A stretch of DNA of 64,000 bases from positions 16,360 to 80,359 of the forward strand of contig JAJSZW010000001.1 in the NCBI GenBank assembly GCA_030262895.1, in the 5' to 3' direction. The translations under genes were made by a program, and so were the position numbers. The DNA is from Deltaproteobacteria bacterium (GTDB taxonomy: Bacteria; Desulfobacterota; Desulfobacteria; Desulfobacterales; ETH-SRB1). The notes below the pieces were generated by a model. It was not told the DNA's origin, did no database searches, and was given only the letters and a program-made list of their open reading frames with translations. Below are positions 38,738 through 47,460 of the stretch, piece after piece; the first letter of the stretch is position 1, and each line of letters starts with the position of its first letter.

Positions 38738-40276
38738 TTATAGATTTTTATTTATCCTTTCAAGATTCTCCCTTACAGAAGCCATACCAGGATCCAAAGA
38801 CAGGGCTTTTTTGTACATCCTAATTGCCATGTTAAGATCTCCTTTTTCGCGGTAATTTGATCCAAGGCTGGCATAATCAATAGCTGAAAAAGGATCAATT
38901 TCAACAGCTATTTTAAGGTTTTCAATAGACTTGTCATAGTCTTTAAGCTTGAAATAAGAAAAGCCGAGAGAGTTATAAACTTCTTTCACATTACCTGCCG
39001 TTTCCTTAGCCTTTTCCAATTCGCCTACGGCCTGTTCATACTTTCCAAGGTTGTTGAAACATGTTCCTCTATAGATCAAAATCCTGATCCGGTCATCATG
39101 TTGGGGCTTCGAGCGCAAGGCATTTGAAAATTCCTCCAGGGCTGTGGTATAGTTTTCTGTTCCAAAATAACAAAGCCCCTTGTAGAAGTGGAAAAAGTAC
39201 TGCCCCTGATATGCTATCTCAACACTTTTAAAGGCTTTAAGGGCTTGATCGTAGTGTCCGATTTTTGTGTATCCAAGGCCAAGTCGGAAATAAATAGGAT
39301 CGGTTTCTTCAATTGGAGAGAGGTTTAGGGATTGCTTAAAGTTTTTTATTGCCTGGAAATCGTCTTCTGAATCCTGGCGTAACATTCCAAAATGATAGAG
39401 CAACGCTCCTATTTCTTGGTCAGTTGCAAGCGACTTGGGCAAATCTACAAAAGAATCAAGCATTTGTTCTCTGCATCCAAGGCAGTCTCTTTTCGACTTA
39501 TCCTGTTGATAATAATCGGCCAAAAGTTCTTCCAGGCTGCGCATTTCATAAATTTTTGCCATACCTTCATTTTTGAGGAATGCATCCATGCAACAGTAAA
39601 CATTACCATCTTGAGCCGAGATAATAAGCGAATCCGGACAAGATTCTGTCATAGACAAGTCGTTATTCTCTAACTTATCCAATGAATCATCAAGGATATC
39701 TTGACGAAATAGATTGCAAACGATGTCTGTCATCTCTCTGGAGTTTCCGATGCCGTAATAAACCTTGTCCGTCAAAGACAGAAGCTTTTCATCTTGAGCC
39801 AGATCTAAAGTGTCCTTGTTCAGGTAAAGGCTGGACAACAAAAAAGAGTTTTTTAGCACATCAAGGAGGTCAATGAGTTGGATGGGCTTGACCTGGTCAT
39901 TGGGAACAAGAACCGGCAGCAATATGAGTCTTGGCAATTCCTGGTGTCTGTAACCTTCCTGGTCAAATTTGTCAGTTGACTGTTTCAGGTATTTGTAACA
40001 TAGTCTTATGTCATCCATGGCCGATGGGGGGGCAGGATGGACAATATGAACATAAAGCCTGGCAAAGAGGTGCTCACTGAGAAACTCGTTGATATTTTTC
40101 TGGATACGTTCCACCTGGGGCATGCCGGCAGGAAGATTTTCCGAAACAATATAAATATTTGATGTCAGGTTAAGATGTGAATACAGGAACGATAACGTCT
40201 GCAAAACCCATTCAAGATTTTCCTTATCTTGTTCGCCAAGTATTATATATATTTTCTTAAATGCAGGCTTGGTCAT
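38738..40276 (-). CDS. TPR protein with a central SPASM-like Cys cluster
   Basis: ESC..SLII...DGNVYCC...DCLGC followed by several TPRs; start at MTKPA. Confidence 0.75.
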   Translation of the reverse strand: MTKPAFKKIYIILGEQDKENLEWVLQTLSFLYSHLNLTSNIYIVSENLPAGMPQVERIQKNINEFLSEHLFARLYVHIVHPAPPSAMDDIRLCYKYLKQSTDKFDQEGYRHQELPRLILLPVLVPNDQVKPIQLIDLLDVLKNSFLLSSLYLNKDTLDLAQDEKLLSLTDKVYYGIGNSREMTDIVCNLFRQDILDDSLDKLENNDLSMTESCPDSLIISAQDGNVYCCMDAFLKNEGMAKIYEMRSLEELLADYYQQDKSKRDCLGCREQMLDSFVDLPKSLATDQEIGALLYHFGMLRQDSEDDFQAIKNFKQSLNLSPIEETDPIYFRLGLGYTKIGHYDQALKAFKSVEIAYQGQYFFHFYKGLCYFGTENYTTALEEFSNALRSKPQHDDRIRILIYRGTCFNNLGKYEQAVGELEKAKETAGNVKEVYNSLGFSYFKLKDYDKSIENLKIAVEIDPFSAIDYASLGSNYREKGDLNMAIRMYKKALSLDPGMASVRENLERINKNL

Positions 40277-40292
40277 TATTTTATTGTTCCGT

Positions 40293-41576
40293 TCACGACA
40301 CAATTCGTTTTCCGCCATCCAGGGAATTAGCTTGCCACATTTGTCGGATCTGATGTAACTCACTGCGGCCCATGTAATCGGTTTCGTACTGAGACCCGAT
40401 AGACAGATAGGCTGGACGGTTGTTGTTCAACGGGCGTATATTGTAGTCCTCATAATGTTGAGCCATATGTGTACCAAAATAGATTTGCAATTGCTGGGAG
40501 TTTGTATTGCCCATTATCTTGACCTTGTTTTTCTTCACAAACTCCAGGGTTTTCACCGCATCCTCAAAGGTCTCATAAGGAAGGCCGTATATGGTAAAAA
40601 GTTCAACTTCTATGCCCTGGTTCTGTGCAAGCCTAATTGCCTCGGCCACCTTTTCACTGGTTATATGCTTACCCAGCCTTGACAGGACACGCTCTGAGGC
40701 CGACTCAAGTCCAAAGGCAATGGTACTTACACCCGCCCTTTTCATTTTTTTCAGCAACTCCGGAGTTACAAGGTCCGCACGAGTCTGCAACCACATTTCA
40801 GTCTCAAGACCTTCTTTTAGGATTCTATCAAGAATTTCTATAAGCCGTGACGGCTTATAAGAAATATTCGGATCAGCAAACCAAAATCTCTTTACACCTT
40901 TTTTTCTTATCCATCTGATTTCTTCAATAACTCTTTCAACGGAATGAAAGCTTATTTTGTGCTTGAAGGCATGGGGGGTGTAACAGTATATGCAGTGGTG
41001 CGGACAACCGCGAGAGGTCAGCATAATTGCCTCCCTCATGCGTGAGTAATCAAAAACGTCATCCAGATAGGCTGAGGGATAACGATCTAAATCGCTGTAG
41101 CCTTCAAGCTCCGGTGTATCAAAAACAGCATTATTGTCATCTTTGTAACTAACGCCGGAAAGATCCAAAAATGGCGTTCCATTTTCAATAGCTCGCGCAA
41201 TTCCCAGCAACGTAGGCTCGCCCGGAGATCGGCATATATAATCTACATCAGGTAGCTCTGCAAAAGCAGCAGAAGGCATGAAGGTAGCCTGAGGACCGCC
41301 AATAGCTATCTTAATATTATTGTCAATCGATTTTATGAATTTGGCAAGTCCTGTTATATATAGCATAATTCTCTGATAGGCGGAAAACCCAATCAGGGAA
41401 GGTTTAAAGGTGCTGATAAGCTCCTGAAAAGCGGAATGTGATAAGGAAGTGTTTTGTCCAATAGACAATATTTTTACACTAAAGCCTTTGGATTTGAGGA
41501 AGGACGCAATATATCCCAGTGAGACAGGTGTTGTTTCCTGTACAAAAGGGTTTATTTCAATCAGCAGAACATTCAT
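40293..41576 (-). CDS. B12-binding radical SAM protein
   Basis: N-terminal cobalamin-binding-like domain (SLGYIA, GGPQAT); SRGCPHHCIYC; FGLES; start at MNVLL. Confidence 0.9.
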   Translation of the reverse strand: MNVLLIEINPFVQETTPVSLGYIASFLKSKGFSVKILSIGQNTSLSHSAFQELISTFKPSLIGFSAYQRIMLYITGLAKFIKSIDNNIKIAIGGPQATFMPSAAFAELPDVDYICRSPGEPTLLGIARAIENGTPFLDLSGVSYKDDNNAVFDTPELEGYSDLDRYPSAYLDDVFDYSRMREAIMLTSRGCPHHCIYCYTPHAFKHKISFHSVERVIEEIRWIRKKGVKRFWFADPNISYKPSRLIEILDRILKEGLETEMWLQTRADLVTPELLKKMKRAGVSTIAFGLESASERVLSRLGKHITSEKVAEAIRLAQNQGIEVELFTIYGLPYETFEDAVKTLEFVKKNKVKIMGNTNSQQLQIYFGTHMAQHYEDYNIRPLNNNRPAYLSIGSQYETDYMGRSELHQIRQMWQANSLDGGKRIVS

Positions 41577-41881
41577 AGAGAAAAGTTTTATAGGAAACAG
41601 ACAGGTTAATGTCAAGGTAAAACGTAACTACTTAGGTTCGCGGTTTTTTTTAAAATGAATTTTTGGCTACCAACTTAAGGCGGAACGCTTCTGATCAAAA
41701 ACCCTGTCAAGAAAAATATCTTGTTGTTTTCAAAAAAATCATGTTTGCTGTTTGAGCCATATATTGCTATAAATAAAATCCACCTGCACACGTTTTGCCG
41801 ATTTTGTGGGGTATTTATAGACCAGCTATTTCAAATGGCAAAAACCGCTCAATTTAGGTTTAAACAAAGGAAGATGTAAAA

Positions 41882-42121
41882 ATGAATAAGGCAGCCTTAA
41901 CAAAGCATGAGATTTACAATAAGCTGTTTGGATTTACCGAACATGATTTAGATGCTATTGCCAATTTTATCGATTTTATGAGGCATAAGAAAAAGCTTGA
42001 AACAAAAAAGGTATTCAAACTTGAAGGCATTCTTAAGGATCATGATATAGACTTTTCTGATCTGAAGGAGTTCAAACAGCAAACCTGGAAGCATGTTGAC
42101 CAGGAGTTTGGAAATGGATAG
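41882..42121 (+). CDS. Putative antitoxin (DUF2281/VapB-like)
   Basis: 79 aa, IANFIDFMRHK; its stop overlaps the start of a PIN-like frame. Confidence 0.6.
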   Translation: MNKAALTKHEIYNKLFGFTEHDLDAIANFIDFMRHKKKLETKKVFKLEGILKDHDIDFSDLKEFKQQTWKHVDQEFGNG

Positions 42122-42224
42122 TTTTGTGACCGACACTCAGGCCCTTGTAAAATTTATGATGGGCAAAAAGCCAGGTAGGGTGCATTCTATGCACTATCAA
42201 CGGCATATGGTATCATCTATATAA
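42114..42224 (+). pseudogene. Truncated PIN/VapC toxin N-terminus
   Basis: MDSFVTDTQALVKFMMG (VxDTxAL PIN start) runs into the REP doublet at 42169 and stops after 36 codons. Confidence 0.6.
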
Positions 42225-42306
42225 TGATAAAATGTCTTGATGAGCAAAATTGAATGTTTTTTGGTGCGTAAAACACGCCCTGCGGTTTACAAACAATGAT
42301 TGAGCA
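42169..42306. repeat. REP doublet (REPIN-like), copy 1
   Basis: GTAG-GGTGCATTCTATGCAC ... GGTGCGTAAAACACGCCCTGC; direct repeat of 46189-46329. Confidence 0.85.
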
Positions 42307-42312
42307 CGGCTT

Positions 42313-42440
42313 ATGCCGAACTATCGACGGGCAAATATTAAAGGTGGCGCTTATTTCTTTACCGTGGTGACTTATCGGCGACAAAATTTCTATGCAATAA
42401 AAATGTCCGAAAGGCATTACTTGATGGTATCCGGCATAGG
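42313..42440 (+). pseudogene. REP-associated tyrosine transposase (RAYT) 5' remnant, frameshifted
   Basis: MPNYRRANIKGGAYFFTVVTYRRQ, then shifted frame FLCNKNVRKALLDGIRH; matches the RAYT N-terminal pattern MxxYRR...GGxYFFTV. Confidence 0.8.
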
Positions 42441-42494
42441 GTGGGCGATGATAAAACGGTTTGTAACAAAACAATTTTGATAGGATTTGCTACA

Positions 42495-45353
42495 ATGGCT
42501 ACTAATTCCCTTCAATTAGTTGACTTTATTAACCCTGACGGCATTTATATCCCAGGTTTGATACCTATAGGCAGCGCCACGGATACGATAGGTCTTAGCA
42601 TCGACGAGCAAGTTGCGGTCTTTGATGCTGAGTCGTTTAAACACATAAATTTCGTATTTTTTCGCCGTTTTTCAGATGGCCGATCATCTCAAATTTTGGC
42701 TTACGTTGTCGATAACTCTGACGAACGGCTTGACGAAAAGGCATTAGCCGAACTTCACTTGCAGGTTTGGCTTCATGGTACGGCGCCATTGCTCTATATC
42801 GCCTGGCCAAGTCGAATTGATGTGTTGACATGCGCGCGAGGACCGGATTTCTGGAAAGCTGAAAACGAGGAGTGCCAGTATAATCCTGCGAAGAGACTTG
42901 AAGCTGAAGCTCTGAAAACTGCCGGCGCTATCACCAGTGAACTACAAAAGTTCTCAGCGTTGCGCCTTGCTGATGGAACATTTTGGGAAGAGCCTGGCAA
43001 TAAGAAATTAGCAGACCACGACAAGGCGGCGCACCAATCGCTAATTCAGGCAGTGGTGGAAGCTGATAGTGATCTTGATGGAGAAAAAAATCCTATTCTA
43101 CGTCGTCTGCTTCTGTTAATGGTGCTGATTAAGTATCTTGAGGATCGCCGAGTCTTTCCAAATAGAGGTTGGTTTGGCACGTTCCACAAAGGAGCAAAAA
43201 GCTTTTTTGATGTCCTGCAAGGCGGTGAACCTGAAGAGGTAAACAGGCTGTTGAATTTCCTAGAACGAAGATTCAATGGTGACATATTTGCTTTCCAGCG
43301 AGAAGATATCACAAAATCAATCCTTAAAACATTTGCATATCTTGTTGAAGCCAAAACGCTGAAAAAGCAGCGATACCTTTGGCAGCAATTTTCTTTCGAG
43401 CATCTGCCGGTTGAAATAATCAGCCATCTGTACCAGCGATTCGTTGAGGGCGGGCATGGTACTGTTTACACGCCTCCTTTCCTGGCATCTTTGCTTTTGG
43501 ATCACGCAATACCCTACGATAAAATCACCGGTAGAGAACGCATTTTAGACCCGGCTTGTGGATCGGGAGTTTTTCTTGTTGGAGCATTCCGGAGATTGGT
43601 CAATGTCTGGCGTAGTCGTAATGACTGGGAGCGTCCAAACGTCAATACTCTTAAACGAATTCTTATAGAGAGCATTTATGGGATCGAATTAGATTCAAAC
43701 GCTGTTGATCTGACAGCGTTTAGCTTGTGCCTGGCTATCTGTGATGCATTACAGCCGGATGTCATCTGGCGAGACTTAAAATTTAATCCTCTGCGCAAAT
43801 CAAATCTGTTTGAAGCAGATTTTTTTAGCGTTCTTCTTGAATCCCAGCAAGGTGAATCTATTGTTTGTGAAGGAGGATTCGATGTAATCATAGGCAATCC
43901 GCCCTTTGAATCCAAACTTTCAACCGCCGGGGAAAAAGTTAATAAAATTGCTCAACAGCAAGACAGTATTCGCGGAAAACTGCCGGACAAACAAACGGCA
44001 TATCTATTTCTGGAACAGGCATTGAATCTTCTTCGGCCTAACGGCAAAATTTGTTTAATTCAGCCATCGGGCCTGCTGTATAATCGCAAGACCGAAAACT
44101 TTCGTAATGCAATAGCTCGAAAGTGCAGAATCAAGACAATCCTTGACTTTACTTCTATTCGCAAACTCTATGAAGCGGACCCTAAAACCGTTGCAATATT
44201 TGCTGAAGTGGGTAAACCCAAAGAAAATCATTGGATTGCTCACTGGACATTTCGTCGAACAGTAAGTGTCAACGAGAGGATCTGCTTTGAACTGGATCAT
44301 TACGACCGGCATCGTGTTACACAAAAACAGGCCGAAACTGATTCCTTTGTATGGCGTGCGAATCTTCTTGGTGGCGGACGATTGCTTGATATGTCACAAC
44401 GTCTTCGGAGCATGCGTACACTTGCAGAATATGTTGAGCAGAATGGATGGGATTATGGGGAGGGGTTCATCGCCGGAAAAACGGGGAAACGAGCCCCCGC
44501 ACCTTTTTTAACGGGCAAGCCATTTCTTCCTACTCGGGCTTTCACCGATTCGGGTATTGACGAGACCAAAATTGAAACGGTTACAGATACACTATTTGAG
44601 AGCCCAAGATCAGAGGATCGTTTTACTCCACCACTCATTTTAATAAAAGAGAATGAGTCTCTCCCAGTTGTTTTTTGGAATAAAGGGTTTATTGCATACC
44701 GCGATAAGATCGTTGGAATCCATGCGCTCAAGTCCCAGGTTTCTGACCTACGCAACTTTTATAAATTTTTCCTCAGTAATCACGACATCTATCGGTTCTG
44801 TTGCACCCTGAATGGAACACAATCGTTGGTGGGCAAGTCCACCGCGATCCTTAAGCAAGATCTTGATATATTGCCTTGTCCCGAAGATTCGGAAGACCTT
44901 TCTTTCTCTTTTTGGGAGGAGGCGCTATGCGAAGATGTCCTTAAATATATGACCAGCTATGTACGACTCGGACAGAATTCAGAGTTACTAAAAACAGCAG
45001 CGGATATCAACGATCTTCGAGAGTATGCCGGCATGTTTATTCGTATGCTTGGCAGTGTATACGATAACTTGCAGGCATCCGACCCTGTTTTTCTTAATGG
45101 ATTGACCTGCCAACCATTCTATTTTGGCGAACGCCCAAATCTCAACTGGCTTACTGAACATCCGGAAGATGAACTGCGAAAACTTATCTATAGCGAAAAT
45201 CACGAACATTTGCGGACAGTCAGGTTGTTGCGATTGTACTGCGAAAACGTCCTGTTGCTTGTGAAGCCGGACCGGTTACGTTACTGGATACGCTCAACAG
45301 CAATTCGAGATGCCGATGAGACTCTTTTAGATTTACGCAGGCAGGGATACTAA
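42495..45353 (+). CDS. Large N6-adenine DNA methyltransferase (Type IIG-like architecture with TRD)
   Basis: GTVYTP, ILDPACGSGVFL (motif I), IIGNPPF (motif IV); start at MATNS with AGGA SD. Confidence 0.85.
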   Translation: MATNSLQLVDFINPDGIYIPGLIPIGSATDTIGLSIDEQVAVFDAESFKHINFVFFRRFSDGRSSQILAYVVDNSDERLDEKALAELHLQVWLHGTAPLLYIAWPSRIDVLTCARGPDFWKAENEECQYNPAKRLEAEALKTAGAITSELQKFSALRLADGTFWEEPGNKKLADHDKAAHQSLIQAVVEADSDLDGEKNPILRRLLLLMVLIKYLEDRRVFPNRGWFGTFHKGAKSFFDVLQGGEPEEVNRLLNFLERRFNGDIFAFQREDITKSILKTFAYLVEAKTLKKQRYLWQQFSFEHLPVEIISHLYQRFVEGGHGTVYTPPFLASLLLDHAIPYDKITGRERILDPACGSGVFLVGAFRRLVNVWRSRNDWERPNVNTLKRILIESIYGIELDSNAVDLTAFSLCLAICDALQPDVIWRDLKFNPLRKSNLFEADFFSVLLESQQGESIVCEGGFDVIIGNPPFESKLSTAGEKVNKIAQQQDSIRGKLPDKQTAYLFLEQALNLLRPNGKICLIQPSGLLYNRKTENFRNAIARKCRIKTILDFTSIRKLYEADPKTVAIFAEVGKPKENHWIAHWTFRRTVSVNERICFELDHYDRHRVTQKQAETDSFVWRANLLGGGRLLDMSQRLRSMRTLAEYVEQNGWDYGEGFIAGKTGKRAPAPFLTGKPFLPTRAFTDSGIDETKIETVTDTLFESPRSEDRFTPPLILIKENESLPVVFWNKGFIAYRDKIVGIHALKSQVSDLRNFYKFFLSNHDIYRFCCTLNGTQSLVGKSTAILKQDLDILPCPEDSEDLSFSFWEEALCEDVLKYMTSYVRLGQNSELLKTAADINDLREYAGMFIRMLGSVYDNLQASDPVFLNGLTCQPFYFGERPNLNWLTEHPEDELRKLIYSENHEHLRTVRLLRLYCENVLLLVKPDRLRYWIRSTAIRDADETLLDLRRQGY

Positions 45354-45355
45354 AC

Positions 45356-46075
45356 ATGAATAAGGAGCGCACTGAAGGAAAACTCACATCCGGAATTGAT
45401 CGGGCCACGAGTACGCTTGTTCTGAGAACGATCACCTTTGTGCGTCAGCAATTGCCGGCCTGGAGGGACGACCCTGATCGGCCTGATGAACAATTAGAAA
45501 ACAAATTGAATTTGCAATTGTGCAAGTTCCTCGACTCACGCGCCAGGAACGATTTTCCTATGGTTCGCTTTGATCATGAAGAGTATCAGACAGGGCGTCG
45601 TAGCGTCGATCTTTCAGCATCTCCGGTTGAAAAAATGGTAATCGGTGCACAAATGTATGCCATCTACAACCCTTTCCTCGTCTTTGAATGTAAGCGACTT
45701 CCTGCCCCTTCAAAAGACCGTAAAAAGGAGTATGTTACAGGAGGGGTAGATAAAATAAGTGGCGGGATTCAACGATTTAAACTTGGCCTTCACGGCGCAG
45801 GTCTGGATTCTGTAGTAATGATTGGTTATGTGCAAGAGTACTCCTTACGCTACTGGTTCCGCAAAATCAATGAATGGATTTCGGAACTTGCCATCAGCGC
45901 CATAGCAGATACCTGCATTTGGAATGATAGCGAATTACTTGAGATGATAGATGAATACGTGCCAAAGGGTCTCGCGACCTGTCGATCTGTCCATATGCGA
46001 ACTGATAGCACGACGAGTAGTGATATAACAATCCATCATCTTTGGATTGCGATGAACAGGCAACCCGAAAAATAA
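45356..46075 (+). CDS. Putative PD-(D/E)xK nuclease
   Basis: E..L...L, SVDL, FECKRL, GGIQRFK; starts 2 bp after the MTase stop. Confidence 0.6.
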   Translation: MNKERTEGKLTSGIDRATSTLVLRTITFVRQQLPAWRDDPDRPDEQLENKLNLQLCKFLDSRARNDFPMVRFDHEEYQTGRRSVDLSASPVEKMVIGAQMYAIYNPFLVFECKRLPAPSKDRKKEYVTGGVDKISGGIQRFKLGLHGAGLDSVVMIGYVQEYSLRYWFRKINEWISELAISAIADTCIWNDSELLEMIDEYVPKGLATCRSVHMRTDSTTSSDITIHHLWIAMNRQPEK

Positions 46076-46188
46076 TACGATTGATTCGGCAAATGAACCG
46101 ATTTAGTCAAGAACTTGCAGAATCTGTTGCAGGCCGCCGATGTTTACCTTATGGGAATTTATGTAGAAGAAAGTAGTGGACATCCCAT

Positions 46189-46329
46189 AGCCAGGTAGGG
46201 TGCATTCTATGTACCATCAGCGGCATGCCTATCATCGCATACATGAATGATAAAATATCTTGACGGGCAAAATCGAATGTTTTCTGGTGCGTAAAACGCA
46301 CCCTACGATTTACAAACAATGATTGAGCA
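46189..46329. repeat. REP doublet (REPIN-like), copy 2
   Basis: GTAG-GGTGCATTCTATGTACC ... GGTGCGTAAAACGCACC-CTAC. Confidence 0.85.
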
Positions 46330-46364
46330 TGATCTGATATGCAAGGAACTTAGGGAAATATATT

Positions 46365-47192
46365 ATGCTTAGTTTTTTAGAAGGTCTTGACGGCGATATT
46401 TGCAAAGCGCTTATGGCTCAACTGCGCAACCTCTGGACACACACATCTACGGCGATTGAAGGCAATACCCTGACTCTTGGTGAAACAGCATTTGTTCTTG
46501 AGGAAGGGCTTACGATTTCAGGCAAATCTCTCAAGGATCATGAAGAGGTTGTTGGACACGCCAGGGCAATTGATTTTGTTTATGATCTTATTAGAAGAGA
46601 ATCCGATCTAACTGAAAAAGACCTGTTTGATTTGCATAAGGCTGTGCAGACGGAACAGATTTTTGATGTCTATAAGCCCGTTGGCGCATGGAAAGTAGAA
46701 CCGAATTCCACGGTTGTTGTTTCCGGCGATACCCAGACCATCTTTGAATATGCTCTCCCAAAAGATGTGCCGGAACTCATGCAAAGCTGGCTTGCCTTGT
46801 TTCAAGAAACCTGTAAAGAAAATGTAGTAAAAAAAGAGGCGGCATTGACAGCCTATGTGTATCTTCATGTTTCCTTTGTCAGAATTCATCCGTTTTGGGA
46901 CGGAAATGGCCGGATGGCTCGTCTCATCGCAAATGTTCCTGTAATCAGGGCTGGTTATCCCCCTATCATTATTCCAAAAGAGCGTCGTCAGGAATACATA
47001 GAGGCCCTGTCGGAATATCATCTATCGGTAGGCACTGTTACCGCCCGGAGTGAATTGTTGCCTGATGTTAATAAGCTGGACAGGTTCAAACAGTTCTGCG
47101 CTGAATCCTGGTCAGGGTCGATCAAGTTGGTGGATAATGCCCGTAGAAAGCAGCAGGAGCGAAACCAACAGAAAAACAAAGGTATTAAATAA
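46365..47192 (+). CDS. Fic-family protein with N-terminal inhibitory motif (class II)
   Basis: HPFWDGNGRMAR catalytic motif; STAIEGN inhibitory motif. Confidence 0.9.
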   Translation: MLSFLEGLDGDICKALMAQLRNLWTHTSTAIEGNTLTLGETAFVLEEGLTISGKSLKDHEEVVGHARAIDFVYDLIRRESDLTEKDLFDLHKAVQTEQIFDVYKPVGAWKVEPNSTVVVSGDTQTIFEYALPKDVPELMQSWLALFQETCKENVVKKEAALTAYVYLHVSFVRIHPFWDGNGRMARLIANVPVIRAGYPPIIIPKERRQEYIEALSEYHLSVGTVTARSELLPDVNKLDRFKQFCAESWSGSIKLVDNARRKQQERNQQKNKGIK

Positions 47193-47460
47193 AAGATCGT
47201 CTCATCTACCAGACAAAATTAGCACTGGATGCCCCCAAGCCCTGAATACGCCCGGAGAAAAGCATTCAAAAAATCTGTAATTGTCGGCTAAACTTATAGG
47301 TTTTCGCAGATGAATTGATACTCTATATTGCATGATGCGACCAATGTAACACTGTGTATAGTATGCTGATTTTTAGCGCCTAAGCGCAGATTCCCTTTTT
47401 TTAAGTGAAATCAAGAGGATATATATTTTAGTATCAATTCATGTGCGAAGATCTATAGGT

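Noticed and set aside
41750..41860. Imperfect palindrome ending in the same terminus as the 7838-8000 element
   Set aside because: The left end is too degenerate to define boundaries; mentioned only as a related end.
46110..46160. Short frame QELAESVAGRR resembling an AAA_14 ATPase ESLAGR motif
   Set aside because: Too short, with no flanking homology; could be chance.
42169..46329. Integron attC sites or prophage att sites
   Set aside because: The repeats have GTAG-REP structure rather than attC R/L boxes; no integrase or tRNA target is present.
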